Source: Eledone cirrhosa (lineage: Eukaryota). From it: 64,000 nucleotides of DNA. Position 1 is the stretch's first letter. Each line of letters starts with the position of its first letter. The DNA lies in contig OZ024740.1 of NCBI GenBank assembly GCA_964016885.1, positions 282,286,001 through 282,350,000 on the forward strand. Direction: 5' to 3'. The position numbers were made by a program, and so were the translations under genes. Under the pieces are notes generated by a model. It did not search any database. It saw only the letters and a program-made list of their open reading frames with translations, and was not told the origin of the DNA. Of this stretch, positions 14,857 through 28,769 are shown in pieces.

Positions 14857-14970
14857 GGAAAAATCATGACCCCGACGGCAGAGCTCAAGCCGTTTCGACG
14901 GCTATTTCTGGACTAGTAGAAATAGCCGTCGAAACGGGTTGAGCTCTGCCGTCCGGGTCATACTTTTTCC
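14857..14970. repeat. Family F palindrome
   Basis: Near-perfect hairpin between (TA)n tracts. Confidence 0.9.
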
Positions 14971-15545
14971 TATATATATATATACATATATATATACTAT
15001 ATATACTATATATATAAATATATATACATATATATTTGGCACCCTTAACTCACAGTTGGGTGCGGATGCATTCATGTATATATGTGTGTGTCCGCATGTA
15101 TCTGTGTGTTTCTAAATATATTGTTAATAACTCCCTCTGGTCGAGCAATCTTTAAAGTGTTGGGACAGCTGGAAGGCTTCCATTACTCATACTTCTCGCC
15201 TTCTTCACCACCTCTTCTGCGGCCTCGATATGAATACCCCCTCCGCCTCCGTGGTATTTTCTTCGGGGTTATAAGAGGCTTAGCTCTGTTTCTCGACCGT
15301 TATATCGCGTGACTATCTCCCCCTCCGCCTTTTGGGATTCTTTCTCACGTCGTGTAGACGCGTTCTTGAGACTAGTAAAATGAGGTATCCTCTTGATAAG
15401 TCGGCAGACCTCGCAAGGACTCTATATCTTTATGATATATTGTTTTTGTTTATGCCACGAAACTACGTAGTCGAGGAATTTAGGAGCAGTTTAGGTATGA
15501 TACATTTTATTACTAATTATATCTAAATGTTTCTTCTCTCTTCAT

Positions 15546-15643
<98 letters not shown>

Positions 15644-15973
15644 GATAAATCTACCAAGAGTTTACGGTAGTGTCCAATCCGTATGAAGAACTCAATGTAT
15701 TCCGGATATCATGGAAAGAAGAGATGTAATGAAAATCCAATTTCGGTGAAAGATAAACGGTATACAGAGTCAAGATAAAATATTAAACAAATAATGAACA
15801 AACAATTCCTTATATTAAACAAAAAAAGTTCACTATTTAACGATCGTTTCTAGGGTATATATGTGCTATAATTGGTATGCATATTTAACAGATCTATGTA
15901 CAAAATTATACAAAATTATACAAATTATCAAGATTAAATATACATACCTAACACATATATACGCCGTCTTCAG

Positions 15974-16043
<70 letters not shown>

Positions 16044-16191
16044 TTATATATATATGTGTGTGTGTGTATTTGTATATATGTGTGTGCATGTAAATATATA
16101 TATGTATATATATATGTATATATATAGTATATATAGTATATATAGTATATATATATTTGTGTGTGTGTATGTATATATATATATATATACC

Positions 16192-16239
<48 letters not shown>

Positions 16240-16305
16240 TTTATATATATATAAATATACACACACACATATATATATATACATAATATATATATATATA
16301 TATAC

Positions 16306-16372
<67 letters not shown>

Positions 16373-16384
16373 ATTATTATATTC

Positions 16385-19300
16385 ACCCCCACACGAGACA
16401 CAGAAAATGCCTACTAAAACAAAAACAGACTCCACTCTCATCAGCTTCAATCAAGAGATACTCCAAGAACTACAAAAAATAAACTCTAATTTGTTAATAC
16501 TCACCAACAAACTAAACTCTACAAGTGAAGAAACAATCCCCAAATACACATCCTATGAAATCAACGACAATATCAACAACTTATGTGAAACAATAAAAAC
16601 ACACCTGAATAACACACAAATCCTATTCAAGCGAACGAAAATACACATGACACTAATACACTTACAACTTACCAAATAAAAAACAAATTATTACCACAAT
16701 GGTACACATCTCTTAATAACAGGAAATTCTCCTTTTTGAAGATGATACAAAACAATAACAAAGCGGAGATCTATGAAAAATGGATCAACTCTTCCCCATT
16801 AATCAACCCCCGAAAACTACAAATTAAATCCATCCCAAACGAACCAGAGACACAAAGACACCTCAGGGAAAGAATGGCACTTGATAACATAAAAACCGAA
16901 ATTGAACTCCTTAAATTGAGAGCCAAAGCAAATGAAGATAGAATTAAATCATTCGACGATGAGATTAATCTAGCAATTATCAATATACCCAAAGACACCA
17001 CCCTAGAAAATATTTCAAAATTATGGTTAGAGGACTATAATAAGGAAGAATCAAAATCCCTTCAACGTTGGGAAATAAACGAAACCTGGTTCTCTAACTA
17101 TGAAACACTTTTCCAAAAAGAACACACATCCAAGAACCCCTTCATTAAAACCATAATAACAAGAAAACTCAATCAACACCCAAACAACACACAACAACCA
17201 ACAACAACAAAAAAACAATACCTCCCCACATACCAGCAAAAGAAGGCATCACCTCGCCCCTACCTCCTACACCCCCCCCTCACAACTATCACACGGACTC
17301 CCAAGCAACAAATATAGTCATAGAGAAACATCAGCTACGAGATAGACACTACAACTTCTCTCCAACTAGGAGAAATCATAACCCCCCCCCACACACACAC
17401 ACACACACCACCCCACCAACACCCACACCCTACTACAACACCAGCAGGGGACAATACAACCACACCAGACACACTAACCACTACAACCACCATAGCTACA
17501 CACCATAAAACAGCAACAACAGGACTCAATATGACCACACAAGACAACCCTACTACAACTACCACCAAGTCTACACACCCTGCAACAACAGCAGTGCTCA
17601 ACACAACCACACGTTACAACCCAACTTCAACAACCACCACAACTTCACACCCTATAACCACGTCCATCAACTCTACACACCCTACAACAACATCAGCAGG
17701 GCTCAATACAACCTAAACTCAACAACCACCACAGCTACACACCATCTTACAACAACAGCAGGAGCCAATACAACTATAAGAGACATCCAAACTTCAACAG
17801 CCATCACAACTTCCGTAATCATTTTTTAGACAGCACATAGACACAGGATCACAAGATAACACAAAATACACAGGAGACACAAAATGCAATCAAAATTGTC
17901 AATTTAACCGCCAAAGAATTAACAACAGACCAAATCAACATACTCTCCAAAGGTCTAAAATTTACACCAACTCCCCAACAACCAAACTACCCCGAAATGA
18001 AGGAAGATATTGCAGAATTCTGTAGAAAACTAAGACTCAGCGAACAACTATACAACAAATACAATAAGGATGACTCAATAGCCAGAAATAGAAGCAACTA
18101 CACCCCACCAAAAGGCAAGAATAAATTCCTCGGTCAATTCTGCGAACACATTACTAATAACCCATAACACCACCTGCACAGACATATACAAAAACCAAAC
18201 CTAAGCAAAAAAGAATGGAATGGTCTTAACAGTCTAAAAAACGACAAAACCCTAACAATCAAAGAGGCAGATAAAGGGAGTGCAGTAGTCCTTATGGAGA
18301 CAGATTATTACACAACTCTAGTACTGTCAACTCTAGAAAACCAAACATATGATGAAAAGGCCCAACACTACACTCAACAGAAAATAATGAGAAACCTAAA
18401 ATCCCTAACAACCCTTTACAAAGAAGGCCTTACAGACAAGGAATACAACTACATCACCAATTTCAAAAGCAGAACCAGCCTCTTCTACGGTATCCCAAAG
18501 ACACACAAAAGCGAAGTAATAGGCAGGGCCTGCAAGCAAGCCACAGATGTTTACATCAATATAGCCCCTCCTGATGACCTTAAATTAAGACCCATAATAG
18601 CAGGCACCACATGTGAAACCCATCGCCTAAGCAACTTCCTAGATATTCTGCTTAAACCTTTCCTAAAACACATAAAAAGCTTCACAAGGGACTATCTTGA
18701 CATGCTCAACCACCTCCCAACAACACTCAATAACGAACATACCCTACTAGTAACCTTTGATGTCATCAATTTATATTCCAATATCCCACACAACCTAGGT
18801 ACAGAGGCAATACAATTCTGGATGGAAAATTTCCCTAGTGAACGTCCACAGCGCATCCCTAAAGAATTTGTGTTGGAGGGACTCAAATTCATCTTGGAAA
18901 ACAATTTCTTCGAATTCAATGCCAAATACTACAGACAGAAATCTGGGACTGCCATGGGCACGAAAGTGGCCCCCTCATACGCCAACCTTGTCATGGGATA
19001 TTTGGAAACCATTCTCTACCGAAAAGTTCTAGACAAATACGGCAACCACTTCTACCAACACATAGAAAAGAACTGGAAGAGATATCTGGACGACTGCTTC
19101 ATCCTCTGGCATGAAAGTATAGATAGACTGTTTGAGTTCAAAACCCTTCTGAATGAGCTCAACACTAACTTACAATTCACAATGGACAATTACAGCCATG
19201 AACAACTCCCTTTCCTCGACATCCTCATCAAGAAAACAAGCAACAAAATAGAAACAGACATATACTACAAAGCCACAGACTCCAAACAATACCTTCCATT

Positions 19301-20973
19301 CAACTCGTGCCACCGTAGACACACCAAAATGGCAATTCCTTATAACCTAGCCAGAAGGATCTGCACAATAGTTTCAGATAAATACACATGCTACACACGA
19401 CTAGAAGAATTAAAAAACACACTTATCAGCAGAAACTACCCACCATCCCTAATCAGCAATGGATTCCAACGTGCCCTAAAACTAGACATCCAGGAACTCA
19501 GACACCCCAAACCCAGGAGTGAACCGCAACAAAAAACTCTACCATACATCTCCACACACAACCCCCTCAACAATGAGGCATTCGATACCATCCTCCAGAA
19601 CATTCCTTTACTAAAAAGAGACCCAAGAATGAACAATATCCTCCAAACACACAACATCATAAAGAGCAAAAGACAACCCAAATCCATAAAAAACATCCTC
19701 ACACAAGCCAAAATCCATCAAACCCTCACAATAAACCCTACAGTAACAAAATGCGGACGGCCCAACTGTGGCATATGCATAAATCTAATAGAAGGTTCAA
19801 CATTACATTTTAAACAAGGACAACGTTTCACAGTTAAACACAACTTTACATGTGCATCTGAAAACCTTATCTATGTTTTGACTTGCTCAGGTTGTCAAGA
19901 GCACTATATGGGACAGATAAAAAACAGCCTCCGTCAACGTATGACCGTCCATAAATCACAAATTAAAATACAGGAATACAGAAAGATTGCATTTAGTGAA
20001 CATATCGCCAACTGTGCTCTCAACCAGCTTCCAAACTTTAAAATTTTCCCCATTTACAAATTCATAGACAACGCTACTTTCATCCAACGCACCAATAAGG
20101 AAACACATTTCATTAATAAATTTCAACCAGTACTCAATGCCCTAAAATTCGAACCTTTCTAAAACTGCAACAAACCATCAAACATTTACAAGATTTACCT
20201 CCCTCATACCCCACCTAATCCTTTTTCTTAATTAAATTAAATATCACCCAGCAAGAATTGCTTCCCCCTGCATATTAACTCTCTAAAAAGGGAAATCATA
20301 TCAAACCACAGTTCACCATTTGCCTCCTTCACGGAACCATGGTTCAACTAAACACTCTTGCGATATTAACACATTTTGAACTGCTTAACATCACTGACTG
20401 TGCTTGTAAATAACATTAACTTTTCTTCCACATTGACTTTTTACGTTCCACATTATGCACGGGTTTTTTTCCTTTTTCTTTTTTCTTTTCACTTCTTAAA
20501 CCTTGTTTGTATATAACATTATTCTTTCTGCACCTTCTGTTTAACATTAGCGGCACGACACTAATACATTTCACTATCTTTTGATAATGCATATAAATGC
20601 AGAAACCGGTAATAGACAATAATTAAATATATAAATAGATAAATAAATGCCATTGTTAAATAATAAATAAATCAACTAATACCTTAACACTTCACACAAA
20701 GTAAAACATTTCGTTTTAATCATTTTCTAACCCAGAAAAAAGAGAGAGAGAGACACAAAAAAAAGAAAAACATATTTTTTCTTCCTCATAATCGTCTCTT
20801 TCTCCCTGTTTTCATATATATATACAAACACAATTCATTCAGGGCGAAACAGATTAAATCTTTAGTCTGTCCAAGAGATGAAATGGTTATTGATGTGGTA
20901 TGTATGAGAAATCTTGTAAAATCCCATATGATTCAGGTTGAATGATATATAACATTTGTGGTGTAATCTACCC
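16385..20973 (+). mobile_element. Penelope-like element, probably Neptune clade
   Basis: Broken N-terminal ORFs 16407-17716, RT start IVNLTAKELT..LSKGLKFTPTP near 17894, RT+GIY-YIG ORF, half-HHR at 20842-20877; boundaries approximate. Confidence 0.85.
18294..20162 (+). CDS. PLE reverse transcriptase + CxxxxCxxC linker + GIY-YIG endonuclease (N-terminus interrupted by a stop near 18165)
   Basis: LVTFDVINLYSNIPH, GTAMGTKVAPSYANL, RYLDDCF, PFLDI, CGRPNCGIC, LIYVLTCSGCQEHYMGQ. Confidence 0.92.
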   Translation: METDYYTTLVLSTLENQTYDEKAQHYTQQKIMRNLKSLTTLYKEGLTDKEYNYITNFKSRTSLFYGIPKTHKSEVIGRACKQATDVYINIAPPDDLKLRPIIAGTTCETHRLSNFLDILLKPFLKHIKSFTRDYLDMLNHLPTTLNNEHTLLVTFDVINLYSNIPHNLGTEAIQFWMENFPSERPQRIPKEFVLEGLKFILENNFFEFNAKYYRQKSGTAMGTKVAPSYANLVMGYLETILYRKVLDKYGNHFYQHIEKNWKRYLDDCFILWHESIDRLFEFKTLLNELNTNLQFTMDNYSHEQLPFLDILIKKTSNKIETDIYYKATDSKQYLPFNSCHRRHTKMAIPYNLARRICTIVSDKYTCYTRLEELKNTLISRNYPPSLISNGFQRALKLDIQELRHPKPRSEPQQKTLPYISTHNPLNNEAFDTILQNIPLLKRDPRMNNILQTHNIIKSKRQPKSIKNILTQAKIHQTLTINPTVTKCGRPNCGICINLIEGSTLHFKQGQRFTVKHNFTCASENLIYVLTCSGCQEHYMGQIKNSLRQRMTVHKSQIKIQEYRKIAFSEHIANCALNQLPNFKIFPIYKFIDNATFIQRTNKETHFINKFQPVLNALKFEPF

Positions 20974-21499
20974 AGTATTGCATTTGCTCGTCGAGTTTCG
21001 CCGGTACGAACTATAGACGATCAAGATATGCTGTCTCGATGTTATCAGGGAAAGTTTTGGTTCGTTAGTCACAATGAATGACATAAATGTGAATGTCACT
21101 TTCAAAACAGCTTTATTCAATGAGTGATAGCAAGATGGTATCTTTTCTTTAAGGTGACAGTGGTACAGTCTCTCATTTATGCCCAACCATATGAGCTGAT
21201 GCAAATGATACTTCTTTAATATCTGATGGTTTCCAGAAGACAAATGATTATAATTCGTGCAAGGTAGCATGGGAAAGATTGGTTGCTGTCGAGATATCTT
21301 ATTCTAACAGGGAAAGGCAAAATCAGTGCCAGTGCCCTGAAAATATTATAAAAGCAGATTTGCATTGTTTCTCAGTCCTTCACTTCAAACTGAGATCATT
21401 AGATTTTACTCAAAAGATGTTGTGTGTCTCTTGGTTGCCGGCCAAAAACATGGGGTGAAGCTGGAAATGTATTGCAGTTTATTCAGCATGCTAAGCAGC

Positions 21500-22110
21500 A
21501 GTGATTTGACCATATCAAGTCAATCACTAGATCTCAAGCACGACCAGCCAAGCTCATGCGTGTTATCCATGGGTGTTATCCAACCATCTTTCATGGGGTC
21601 TACCTCTGGATCTCAGGTCGGTTTTGCCCCTAAAATATGTCCAGCGATTCTTTCTTGAGACATTCTATCCACATGCTGTGAACTCTCAACTCAGAAGCTG
21701 CAGCTATACTCTATTGTGTAACGTTACTCGAAAGACCCTTCGGAGAAACTCCACTCCTGTGGCTTGTATTCACGATCGCATACTTTCGGTCGCAAACCAT
21801 ACTGTCCGCCAGCAAGCTTGAATTCGACTATATCCATTCATCTCTTTGTCAGACATTTAGCATAGACTTTACAGGGGAGGCTTAACAAGAAGATCCCTCT
21901 ATAATTGGAGCTATCTTTCTTGTTTCCTTTTTTAAAAATTTGGATTAACACTCTCGACTGCCATTGTTTCTGTGGCTTTCCAGAGATCCAAGTCACTCGG
22001 TACACACGAGTCAGACAGAGAATACCTTCTCTAATTTAGGATTTTAACATCTCTGGGCGAATTTCATCCTCCCCAACGGCCTTGCACCTCGTGTACCACA
22101 GAAGATGCTG
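21500..22110 (-). pseudogene. Degraded RTE-clade LINE fragment
   Basis: Minus-strand GEDEIRPEMLK and FKKGNKKDSSNYRGIS motifs. Confidence 0.65.
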
Positions 22111-25100
22111 TTATGATCGGGTTTAGAAGACTAGCAAAGTATTCTCTCTACCGCGCGAGGATGCATACCTCTGAAGAGAGTAGAACCCCAGATGTATTCC
22201 TGATAGCAGGAGGAGTGGAAGAGGATTTTTTATTTCGAAGTCGGATTCCAGCTTAACCCCCAAATCCTCCCATGTCTTAACTATGGATCCACTTACTACT
22301 ATGTTCAATAAAACCATACTTTCATGTATTCGAGTAGATTGAAATATCTTATTGCTTCCTTAGAACCCCCCCCCCCCGCCAAACTTAGGCAGCAGGAGAC
22401 AGGATATTGGTGTGTAAACACAAAAGTAACTGTATCGATGTTCTGTGAAATAAAAATAATTCTCTTCGGACATCATAATCATTCGTACGTAATATTGGGC
22501 AATATCAAATTACCAACAACAGTGGTGAATGAAGTAAAGATATTTGATTTATTCTAATTTTTATTAATTTTAATTTAACATTCTTAATGGATATTTGGTC
22601 CATAAATTTAAAGAATCTAAGTGGTGATTTTAATTTTGATAACGATATTCTGGAAATGTTGCAATTCGAATTAACATACATTAAGTCATTGGAAATAAAC
22701 AAATATTTTTAAAATTAACATAAATGCAGCTATTATAGATGTTACGAGATAACATGTGGATTAATATACTGTAGTCCAAAGAAAATATTGTATAGTGTTC
22801 ATCTTTGCCGTTTATTGAGTCGGCGATATTTCCAGCATTTTTATGTAAAAGTATGTTTGTCAATAGAACATAAATACACTCAAATTATAATAGCCCTTGA
22901 ACACTTCCTCCTACCACAAAAACACTTTCAATATTCTCTGATGTGTATTTCGTTAGAAAGATACAAGCTACTTCTTTTTCACTACAGTGTTGGTATTCAA
23001 ATAACAATACTAGCTCCAAATGTCAAATATTAACACAAACACTATTGTTTAGGTGTCCATCGATTCCAATAATTACCAACTTCTTTTACATTTTAGTATC
23101 CTTTCATGACTGTGCATAATTTATATACAGCTTCTGTTGGTAGAGAGGGCATGTACATGTTTGATTGTGTAACTCTCAGTGTTTCATGAACTTACTGCTA
23201 TTGGTGAGTGCATTTCTCTTTCATTTTCGATTCTCTCTCCATCTGTGAAACCACCAAAGTGAGAGACGAATAGCAATGTCTTCATTTAAAATATTGATGC
23301 TGCTTGTCTTCAACGTAGGATTTATCTGGTCTTTGAACTGTATCTTGTTGTCATACCGAGCATTAACTATGATGAATCATACAAAAAATATGCGAGTTAC
23401 ATATGTACACTACATGTCCAGGTCATTTCAATTGTCTGTATACTTGCGTGGATTTAATATTAGTGGTGTTGATGTGGTTAGGTAGAGGATTTGTGTGTGC
23501 ATAATTCTATCTCGTTTCTAAAGCACAATTGAGACAGTGAGCACCAGCTTAGAATCTCGTTCCACTAAATATAAAAAGAAAATACCACTAAAAACGACAG
23601 AATACTTCAGGAAAAGACAGCGCAGAGATGGACGTTTAAACTAAGTCTTATCGAGTCTGGGTGAAAGTTTGAGGGAAGTCTAGCTCCGGGTGAAATGCTT
23701 GATTCTGGATGCTGCAAGGTAAGCAAAAGTTTCAAAGCGCAATATTAGGACGATGTTTCAAACGAGAGAACGCGTACAAGTAATAAAGGAATTCAAAGAC
23801 TGCAATCCATGAATGGCAGGCATTTGACAGATGAACAGCCGGATTCCATTGATACAGTATTTAGGTCATGAAAAGCAACATATATATGGAGTTGCTCTGT
23901 CTGGTGCAAAGAAACTGCTCAAGTGCTGATCGGGTGGACACGTTTCAATTAGCGATTTTTTAACTTCCAATCAAGATATTAAAACAAAATACGGTGTGGT
24001 TGTTTATACGCTCACTAAAAATGCAGAAAACCGGGAGAAAGACATATTCTAGGAACAGTGCTAGATTGGGTGATGTGTAACTACAGCGGGAACAAGCATG
24101 TAATTAGGCTCTATGGATCAGCTCACCTTGCAATAACAATTTCGAAATTCTGTAACATATAACTAATGCTGAAAAAAATTTTGGAGATGTGGTCAGAGAA
24201 AAAGAGAGAGAGAGAGATAGATAGAGATAGATAGATAGAGAGAGAGAGAGAGCGTGAGAGAGAGATATAGAGACAGAGTGAGAGAGAGAGAGAGAGAGGG
24301 CAAAGAGTAACAACTCGGACGAAGATGACAAGAGAGAATCTAATCTAATCTAATCTAATCTGGCCGAGTTTACACTCGCAAATAAGAAGAGCCAGGGCCG
24401 CCCCTAGGAGCATTGGATTTGGTGTACTTAATATTTGTTTCGGTTGCTGAATTCAATCAGGGGTCGCTTCTTCTCCTGAAGGTCAATAGTTCTCTTCTAA
24501 CGCGAGCGGGAGCGCCTTTCCATTGTGTATTTGCATTGATCATCTGCAAAGCCGCATTGTTCTCAGAACCACTACACCAGTCTTTTGATGCGTGCAGCTG
24601 GAACTACTGCCGCCCATTGATCTGGCAGGATTTTTTCTTTTAGATGGTCGTTGACTCTTATGAGTTTTTCCCCCCTTTGTCAGGTTTTGTTTTTTGTCCT
24701 GCAGGGTGTCCAAAATCACCGTCCTTACCAAATAAACTTGGTGGGGTTTCCGGTTTAGTCGCCGACGACCCGACTATGTGACAGATTGTACTGGGTTACA
24801 TGCTACCAGTAGCACACAAGAGTGACCCGACATAAACGAGAAAGGAAAACTGAATACAAGCAGAAACAAGAGCACTGGCTGCTTAGAAAAGAAGGGACAA
24901 AGAATGGTCGAAGTGTGGATTCAAATTAAAGAGAGACTGCAGGACAGGCAAGAATGCCCAGTTTGAAGAAAAGCTAGATGAAGCGCAGAAGAATCAACCA
25001 GAAACAATAAAATAATCCATACCATTGACCAGGTTAAAAATGTCACCAAATATACCAGTAATGGACAAGAATGTGAAAAGTTCTTCACAGCTGAAAACAA

Positions 25101-26420
25101 AGTCCACGTTGAAATGTAACAGTCGAAAGAGGTATTGAACGAACCCCTCCAACAGCTGTGTTTAACTTAGAAATTAAATCGCATCAACAACAGTTGGGTG
25201 TAGATATGGGGAATAAAATTAGATAGACCAATGAAGATACTGAAAAGAAGCAAATGCATTGAGCTGCCGAAGCACATATGCTGGAGTACTATGATACCAG
25301 TGATTAAATTATTGAACCACACGTTGGTGAGGTGTGATAATCGCACTGTCTATGAAAGCAAATAGAGTTGATTGTAAATGCCATGAAAGTACAATGTTGT
25401 CAATCCAGGGCAAGATATTTTGCACTTTGCTACTACGGCGACTTCATGATTCCGTTGATGTGAGTCTACGGGAAAAATAGATTTCAGTCAAGGGTGGTCA
25501 AGTCAGAAAAAAATGTTTACTATATAGTAATTCACAATACATTTTATTGATTTCAAAAAGGTGCTCGACTGTGTACACCGTAAGTAGTCTCTATGGAGCA
25601 TAGCAAAAAGGATATCGTAGCACTTCATCTCAAGTTTTAAAAATATTTCCTGCGTGAAGAGGCAAACTGGGAATATTAGCTAGTTTGGCACCATCAATGC
25701 AGTTCACATGAGTTACATCTCTTTGTCCATCCACTATCTATGAGCAGCCATCGGTTTCATCGCAGTGTTTTAACAATCATATAACAAATATATAGACTTT
25801 ATGTGTGGCAAAAGTCAATGACGTTTATTTGAATGTCATATCATAATTTGACCTTATAATCAATCAATTTTTGAGAAAGTTATTTTCACATGAAATATCG
25901 GGTTGATACATGTTTTTAAGATAAACGTCTTAGTCTTTTTCAAATATATTTGTAAATTTCTCTCTAGCAGCATTGCTGTAGCTTTCCAAATACTTTTTAC
26001 ATATTTTTTAAAAACTTAATAAAATGATTGGAAATTGTAGGCCGAGGCCCCACTTTCGGAAGAGAAGTAGTGTTAATTTAATAAAACTATAAATTACTTT
26101 TATCGAGCTCAGAAAGACCAAAGGCAAACTTGATGCCAGTAGGATTAGAAGACAGACATTAAGAACATGCAACTAATTATTGCATGATATATTGTCCGCC
26201 ACTCCATCGATTCTACCAATCCACTGACGTAAAGGGTAACACGCTCTCCGATAGAAACTCAAACCACCAGACTATCACGTAACAGTTAACCGTGGTACTA
26301 AGTAAAATACTGAGCTTAACATCAACTCTATTTAAATTTCGATATTTTTTAAAATTAATGTCAGAAACAATAATTCTGCCATCTTGATATCTAAACAAAG
26401 TTGATCTTCACTAACTAATC

Positions 26421-26578
26421 ATTCTTCTTCTTCTTCTTCTTCTTCTTCTTCTTCTTCTTCTTCTTCTTCTTCTTCTTCTTCTTCTTCTTCTTCTTCTTCT
26501 TCTTCTTCTTCTTCTTCTTCTTCTTCTTCTTCTTCTTCTTCTTCTTCTTCTTCTTCTTCTTCTTCTTCTTCTTCTTCT
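26421..26578. repeat. (TTC)n microsatellite
   Basis: Direct reading; source of the poly-R/poly-E ORFs. Confidence 0.95.
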
Positions 26579-26872
26579 ACTACAACAGAGTAGCAGCGGA
26601 GGAGAGCATCTACAAATGTAGTCACTGTATACAAGACTGTCACTCCCGTGTGGGCCTGTACAGTCAAAGCAAAGCAAACATTGCATCGATTTCAGCAGCT
26701 GACACAAAATTCTCCCTAGTCTTTCGAGAGCAACGGATTCCAATAATAATAATAATGATTTCTACTATAAGGCCAGAAATTTGAAGGGGAGGGGGTCTAT
26801 TAAATCAACTCCAGTGAATTACTGGTGTTTCATTTATCGATCCTGTAAGGATGAACTACCCGAGTAATGGTT

Positions 26873-27552
26873 TCTTCAAGTTGCCGAGTTCATTCACATT
26901 CATTTATTTATCATTGACGATCTCATTGTTTTCATTTTGAGTTTCATCTTGAACATGCACTCCTTCCACTTTTCCGATCCTTTCTTTAATTTCTTCTGTT
27001 GTCAGTGATTCCTCCCCGACCCTGGAATTTAAAGTGTTACAATTTACCTCGTTTTCACTGACACATGTTTCATTTTCCCTTCGCTGACTTTGTGCTAATA
27101 GCTTGATCTGATCAATTTCTATATCAATTAGTAACTTTTTTTTAACAATATATCTTCGTATATTGGCTAGTTTGTTACTGTCAATATAGCCTCTGTTTTC
27201 AGGATATTTCTTTTTCCAGTTGATATATGTCTGTTCTGTATTCGATCTATTTGATGGGTAGTACATGGCAGTGTAGAAAGCCTCAAGGACTTCTTTATTG
27301 TCCCATTTGCATATGTCATTAACACTTTCATGACCATTTTTCTCTCTTTTTCTTTGGATTTCTTAGTGGTGAGCATGGAGGGCCATTAGTAGGAGTATTC
27401 CGGTTATTGGGGGTCTCCAGCTCCAAATTGACGGGAAGGTTTGAACCATTAGCTGATTTTTCGACCCGGGTGACGGCCGATCCGGTATGAGTTTTTATCA
27501 TTTGACATGGGCTTTATTTTGTTGCGTTTTACCCTTAATCGCCAAGGAGTAA
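26873..27552 (-). mobile_element. 5' portion of R4/Dong-type LINE, inverted relative to 28840-29535
   Basis: Reverse-complement similarity to 28840-29535; YPENRGYIDSNKLANIRRYI motif. Confidence 0.85.
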
Positions 27553-27894
27553 TCAATTCGAGTCACCAGTCCTAGGACGAGTGCCAACCAAGACATGAGG
27601 AAGTATCCGAAACAGGCAATGATCTGAATGCTGAAATAAATAACATCTGGAACAAAGATACGGCCATTGAGGAAATGAATGTTGACGGGCTAGGACAAGA
27701 TTTGGTTGATATCCTGAACTTAGTGGTAGATGAAATAAACAATGATAGTGGAAAACCTATGAATCTAAGATTTGTAGACAGGAAAAAGGTAAAAGAAACA
27801 ACAGCTAAGGTAAACAAAGTCATCCCATACCTTGAGGCGAGGAACCTTCACCAATGCAACAATATCCTCAAAGCAACCGCAAATGCGGTGAGGA

Positions 27895-28765
27895 AATTAC
27901 TTGGAAATTGTCCGTAGGCCCCGACCCGAAAGTTCTTCCGAAGGGATTGGTTAGTTGATTTTCGTCGACGCTTAGAGTTTCCCAAAGTACGCCCACTAAT
28001 GCTCTATAGAACGCCAAGGTGGAGTGTCCACCAATCACTTTGCCAGACTGGTCGAGGGCTGTGAGCACCTGAAGACATTCCAGCTGGGGAAAGACGGGTC
28101 TAGCAAACGGCGACCACACCTGATCACCGTCTAGGAAGAGGTGGAGATATCGTAGCCTAACGGCGTGTCTGCACATCATCAGCCACGGCATTCCCAGCCC
28201 TCCACGTAGCGGGTGCTGACAGCAGATGGACCGCCTGACCATCGGAGCGCGTCCCTTCCACAAGAGGAAACGCTCCAGCGCAGTCAAGCGAGGCTTAGGA
28301 CAAGGCACGACGGTCAGGCGGTAGTAGATGACGGACGCGATGTACGCATTCACCACCTCGGCTCGACCGTTCAGTGATAGCTTCCTCTCTGCCCATTTCT
28401 GGGTGAGAGAAGCCATCCTGCTCGTCACCTCGTCCCAGTCTTTGTCCGTCTGGAGGTCCGGACCGAGCCAGACCCCTAGCAATTTAACCGGTCCGTCCGT
28501 CCAGCGCCCGACGACGCTGCTGAACGGCATGGACCTGCCTATCCAGGTGCCCAGCTAGAGGCCCACCGACGTTTCCTGGTTGCTCATTGCTCCTGTCACC
28601 GTTTCGTATTCTCTTAGTGTAGTGCCGATCGCCTCGATGTGATTAGCGTTCGACACCACTACGGTGATATCGTCCGCATATGCTGACACGGTTCTTCCGT
28701 ATCCTAGTTCGCGCAGGAACCCCTCAACGTCTCCAGTTGGTGCAGTAAGGGCTCGAGAGTCAATA
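27895..28765 (-). pseudogene. L1/Tx1-like LINE RT fragment
   Basis: LTLEPLL, VSAYADDITV, KLLGVWLG, KWAERKLSLNGRA, GGLGMP. Confidence 0.8.
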
Positions 28766-28769
28766 GCCG

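Noticed and set aside
23500-25700. Possible host exons
   Set aside because: Only decayed LINE-like remnants; no coherent spliced ORF
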